Shown here piece after piece: positions 16,183-18,170 of a stretch of 18,170 nt of DNA. Every line of letters begins with the position of its first letter. Position 1 is the first letter of the stretch. Origin of the DNA: Promethearchaeota archaeon (GTDB taxonomy: Archaea; Asgardarchaeota; Lokiarchaeia; Sigyniarchaeales; SOKP01); assembly GCA_013375475.1 (NCBI GenBank), contig JABXKD010000069.1, positions 1 through 18,170 of the forward strand, in the 5' to 3' direction. Under the pieces are notes generated by a model. That model made no database searches. It was not told where the DNA came from and was given only the letters and a program-made list of their open reading frames with translations. The position numbers and the translations under genes were made by a program.

Positions 16183-16593
16183 GCTCTCATTTTTTATTTC
16201 TTGAGATGAAGAATTTTGAGATCTTAAATAAAACTTTAAAAGTGAAGAGAATAATCCTAAAATCCCTTATTCTCCATGATATTACTCCTATTGATATATA
16301 TAGAAATGTTTCTATAGTTTATTAAAAAATTGGCAAATATTTATTAAAAAATCCAACAGAAGATTAAGAGTATTATAATTGGGCATTCATTTATAACTGT
16401 GTAATCTTGTATCTCTTATTTGAGAAAGCACCCTTTTTTCCATATTCTCATTTCCATATTTTAATCACTTGCTCGTAATTAGTAATAATTACGGGCGTTT
16501 TTTTACCTCTGATTCTATGTTTAAAGTATATATAATAACTAATCTTATATTTTTTCTAGTATTATTGAGCGTTACTTATATTTTTGTTATATT

Positions 16594-17742
16594 ATGACGA
16601 AGAACTTCAAAATTACTTATAAGGAATTTAAGACAGCCTTAAACAAGCTAAAATATCCCGATTCTTGGTTTTGGTGCAGGTATACGATAAACCCTTACTC
16701 TGGATGCGCTCATACTTGCATATACTGCGATGCTAGAAGCGATCGGTATTATTTAAGTCAGGATTTTGAAACAGAGGTAATCGTGAAATCAAATATAGAT
16801 AAAATCTTAGACCAAAGATTAAAGCGATCCCGAACGCTAATACCTGATGTAATTGGACCTGGTGGCGTTTGTGACGCGTATCAACCAATTGAATTAGAAG
16901 TCGAAAATACGCTAAAAATTCTAAGAGTAATAGAAAAACATAAATATCCTGTAAATATCGCTACTAAATCAAATTTGATAACTAGAGATGTAGATATATT
17001 AAATAAAATTGCAAGTGATACTTGGTGTACTGTGGGTTTTTCAATCACTACAATGAACGAAGAATTAGCACATTTTCTAGAGCCCTATTCTTCTTCCCCT
17101 AAGGAAAGACTCGAAGCTTTAAAACAGATCAAACAAAAGGCCCCTAATGTTCAAGTTGGGACCTACTTCATGCCGATAATTCCCTTTTTAGAAGATAATG
17201 ACGAAAATTTAGAAACCGTTATTAAAAAATCAAAAGAAGCGGGAGCAAATTTTATTGTATTTGCTCCGGGGTTAACGCTTCGAGACGCTCAAGCTGAATT
17301 CTTTATTAGGAAGTTAAAGGAAAGTAAATACAACCATGTTGCTAAACCAATATTAAATTTATATAAAGGCCAGATTGGTCCTCCCAGGGAGTATGTTCAT
17401 ACAATGCATCAGAAATTATTTGATTTTTGTCAAAAATACGACATTGCTGTCAGAGAAAAGAGATGGATACCAAACGATTATAGGAAATGGAACTATAAAA
17501 TTTCAGAATTACTGTTGGTAAAAAATTATATGGATGAATTAACACTGGGAAAATCTAATAAGTCTTTTTATTGGGCGGGACTAACTCTTAACAACTTAGA
17601 AGAATCAATTATAAATGTTTATAAAAGAGGGGATTTAGCTAAACTTAGAAATTTTAATTCTGAAGTAAGAGAGTTTGTAGAACCTTATTTAAAAAAAAGT
17701 AAAGAATTGAATGAAAAAACCGGAATTGATAAATTTTTATGA
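16594..17742 (+). CDS. Radical SAM protein of the spore-photoproduct-lyase-like (SplB-like, COG1533) group
   Basis: INPYSGCAHTCIYCDAR (CxxxCxxC), DAYQPIE, ATKSNLITRD, FSITT, LEP...ERL, PIIPFLED. Confidence 0.9.
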   Translation: MTKNFKITYKEFKTALNKLKYPDSWFWCRYTINPYSGCAHTCIYCDARSDRYYLSQDFETEVIVKSNIDKILDQRLKRSRTLIPDVIGPGGVCDAYQPIELEVENTLKILRVIEKHKYPVNIATKSNLITRDVDILNKIASDTWCTVGFSITTMNEELAHFLEPYSSSPKERLEALKQIKQKAPNVQVGTYFMPIIPFLEDNDENLETVIKKSKEAGANFIVFAPGLTLRDAQAEFFIRKLKESKYNHVAKPILNLYKGQIGPPREYVHTMHQKLFDFCQKYDIAVREKRWIPNDYRKWNYKISELLLVKNYMDELTLGKSNKSFYWAGLTLNNLEESIINVYKRGDLAKLRNFNSEVREFVEPYLKKSKELNEKTGIDKFL

Positions 17743-18170
17743 TAGATAAGATCGTAAAGGAAATTTCAAGCTTAATGTTAAAAAACACACCTCAGTTATC
17801 TGAAGATCAAAAAGAGAGAATGTATAAAGTACTAAATCCCGATAATCCTGACTATGTTATATATGGCGTTAAAGTGCCCGAGATTGAAAAGATCGTCAAG
17901 TCAACTTACGAAAAATTTGACTGCAGTTATGATATCGCGGTTGAAGTATTTAGAAAATTAACTAGAACAAATGTAGAAGAACTGAAATCTGCAGGATCTT
18001 TCTTTTTAAATCGGTTCAAGAGACATTTCAACGCGAAAATTATTGATATAATTAAAGAAGAATACTCTGAACATTGCCACACATGGAGTCTCTGCGATTC
18101 TACGTGTGTAAGACTCTTAGGTCCATTTTTAGGAAAAAAAGGGAAAGAAACACTAGCCTTAAAAACTATA
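17739..18170 (+). CDS. AlkD-like DNA alkylation repair protein (HEAT-like repeat), partial; runs off the 3' edge
   Basis: The ATG overlaps the radical SAM stop (ATGA 17739-17742). The frame is open for 144 codons to the edge: MIDKIVKEIS...YGVKVPEIEKIVK...EEL...TWSLCDS, with the YGVxxP and W..cD AlkD-family motifs. Confidence 0.75.
   Translation, partial: MIDKIVKEISSLMLKNTPQLSEDQKERMYKVLNPDNPDYVIYGVKVPEIEKIVKSTYEKFDCSYDIAVEVFRKLTRTNVEELKSAGSFFLNRFKRHFNAKIIDIIKEEYSEHCHTWSLCDSTCVRLLGPFLGKKGKETLALKTI

Noticed and set aside
16200-16470. Possible decayed small membrane-protein gene on the minus strand and a short TTCCATATT duplication
   Set aside because: Only short fragments in different frames with no recognisable motif; indistinguishable from AT-rich intergenic DNA without a search.

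Overview
AT-rich archaeal window, most likely from an Asgard (Lokiarchaeia-like) genome. This assignment is inferred from Nep1, BRE/TATA promoters, GGTGA-type ribosome-binding sites and Loki-type beta-helix and LVIVD surface proteins. Housekeeping start: the 3' end of nep1, tRNA-Gly(TCC) and ogt. An accessory stretch follows. It contains a 2189-aa exported protein that combines DxDxDG Ca-binding motifs, a central multi-helix hydrophobic segment resembling pore-forming/translocation domains, Ig-like domains and a duplicated helical C-terminus. It also contains a membrane-anchored beta-helix protein, a 5'-truncated HSL-family esterase, a frameshifted gene missed by the ORF track, a two-gene module (membrane bPH_2-XRE fusion plus tandem-XRE regulator) with candidate operators, an LVIVD surface protein and a geranylgeranyl-reductase remnant. 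The window ends with an Old Yellow Enzyme and a translationally coupled pair of SPL-like radical SAM and AlkD-like genes. The best candidates for undescribed biology are the giant toxin-like secreted protein and the membrane-tethered XRE module. All family calls come from motif recognition by eye; no searches were run.
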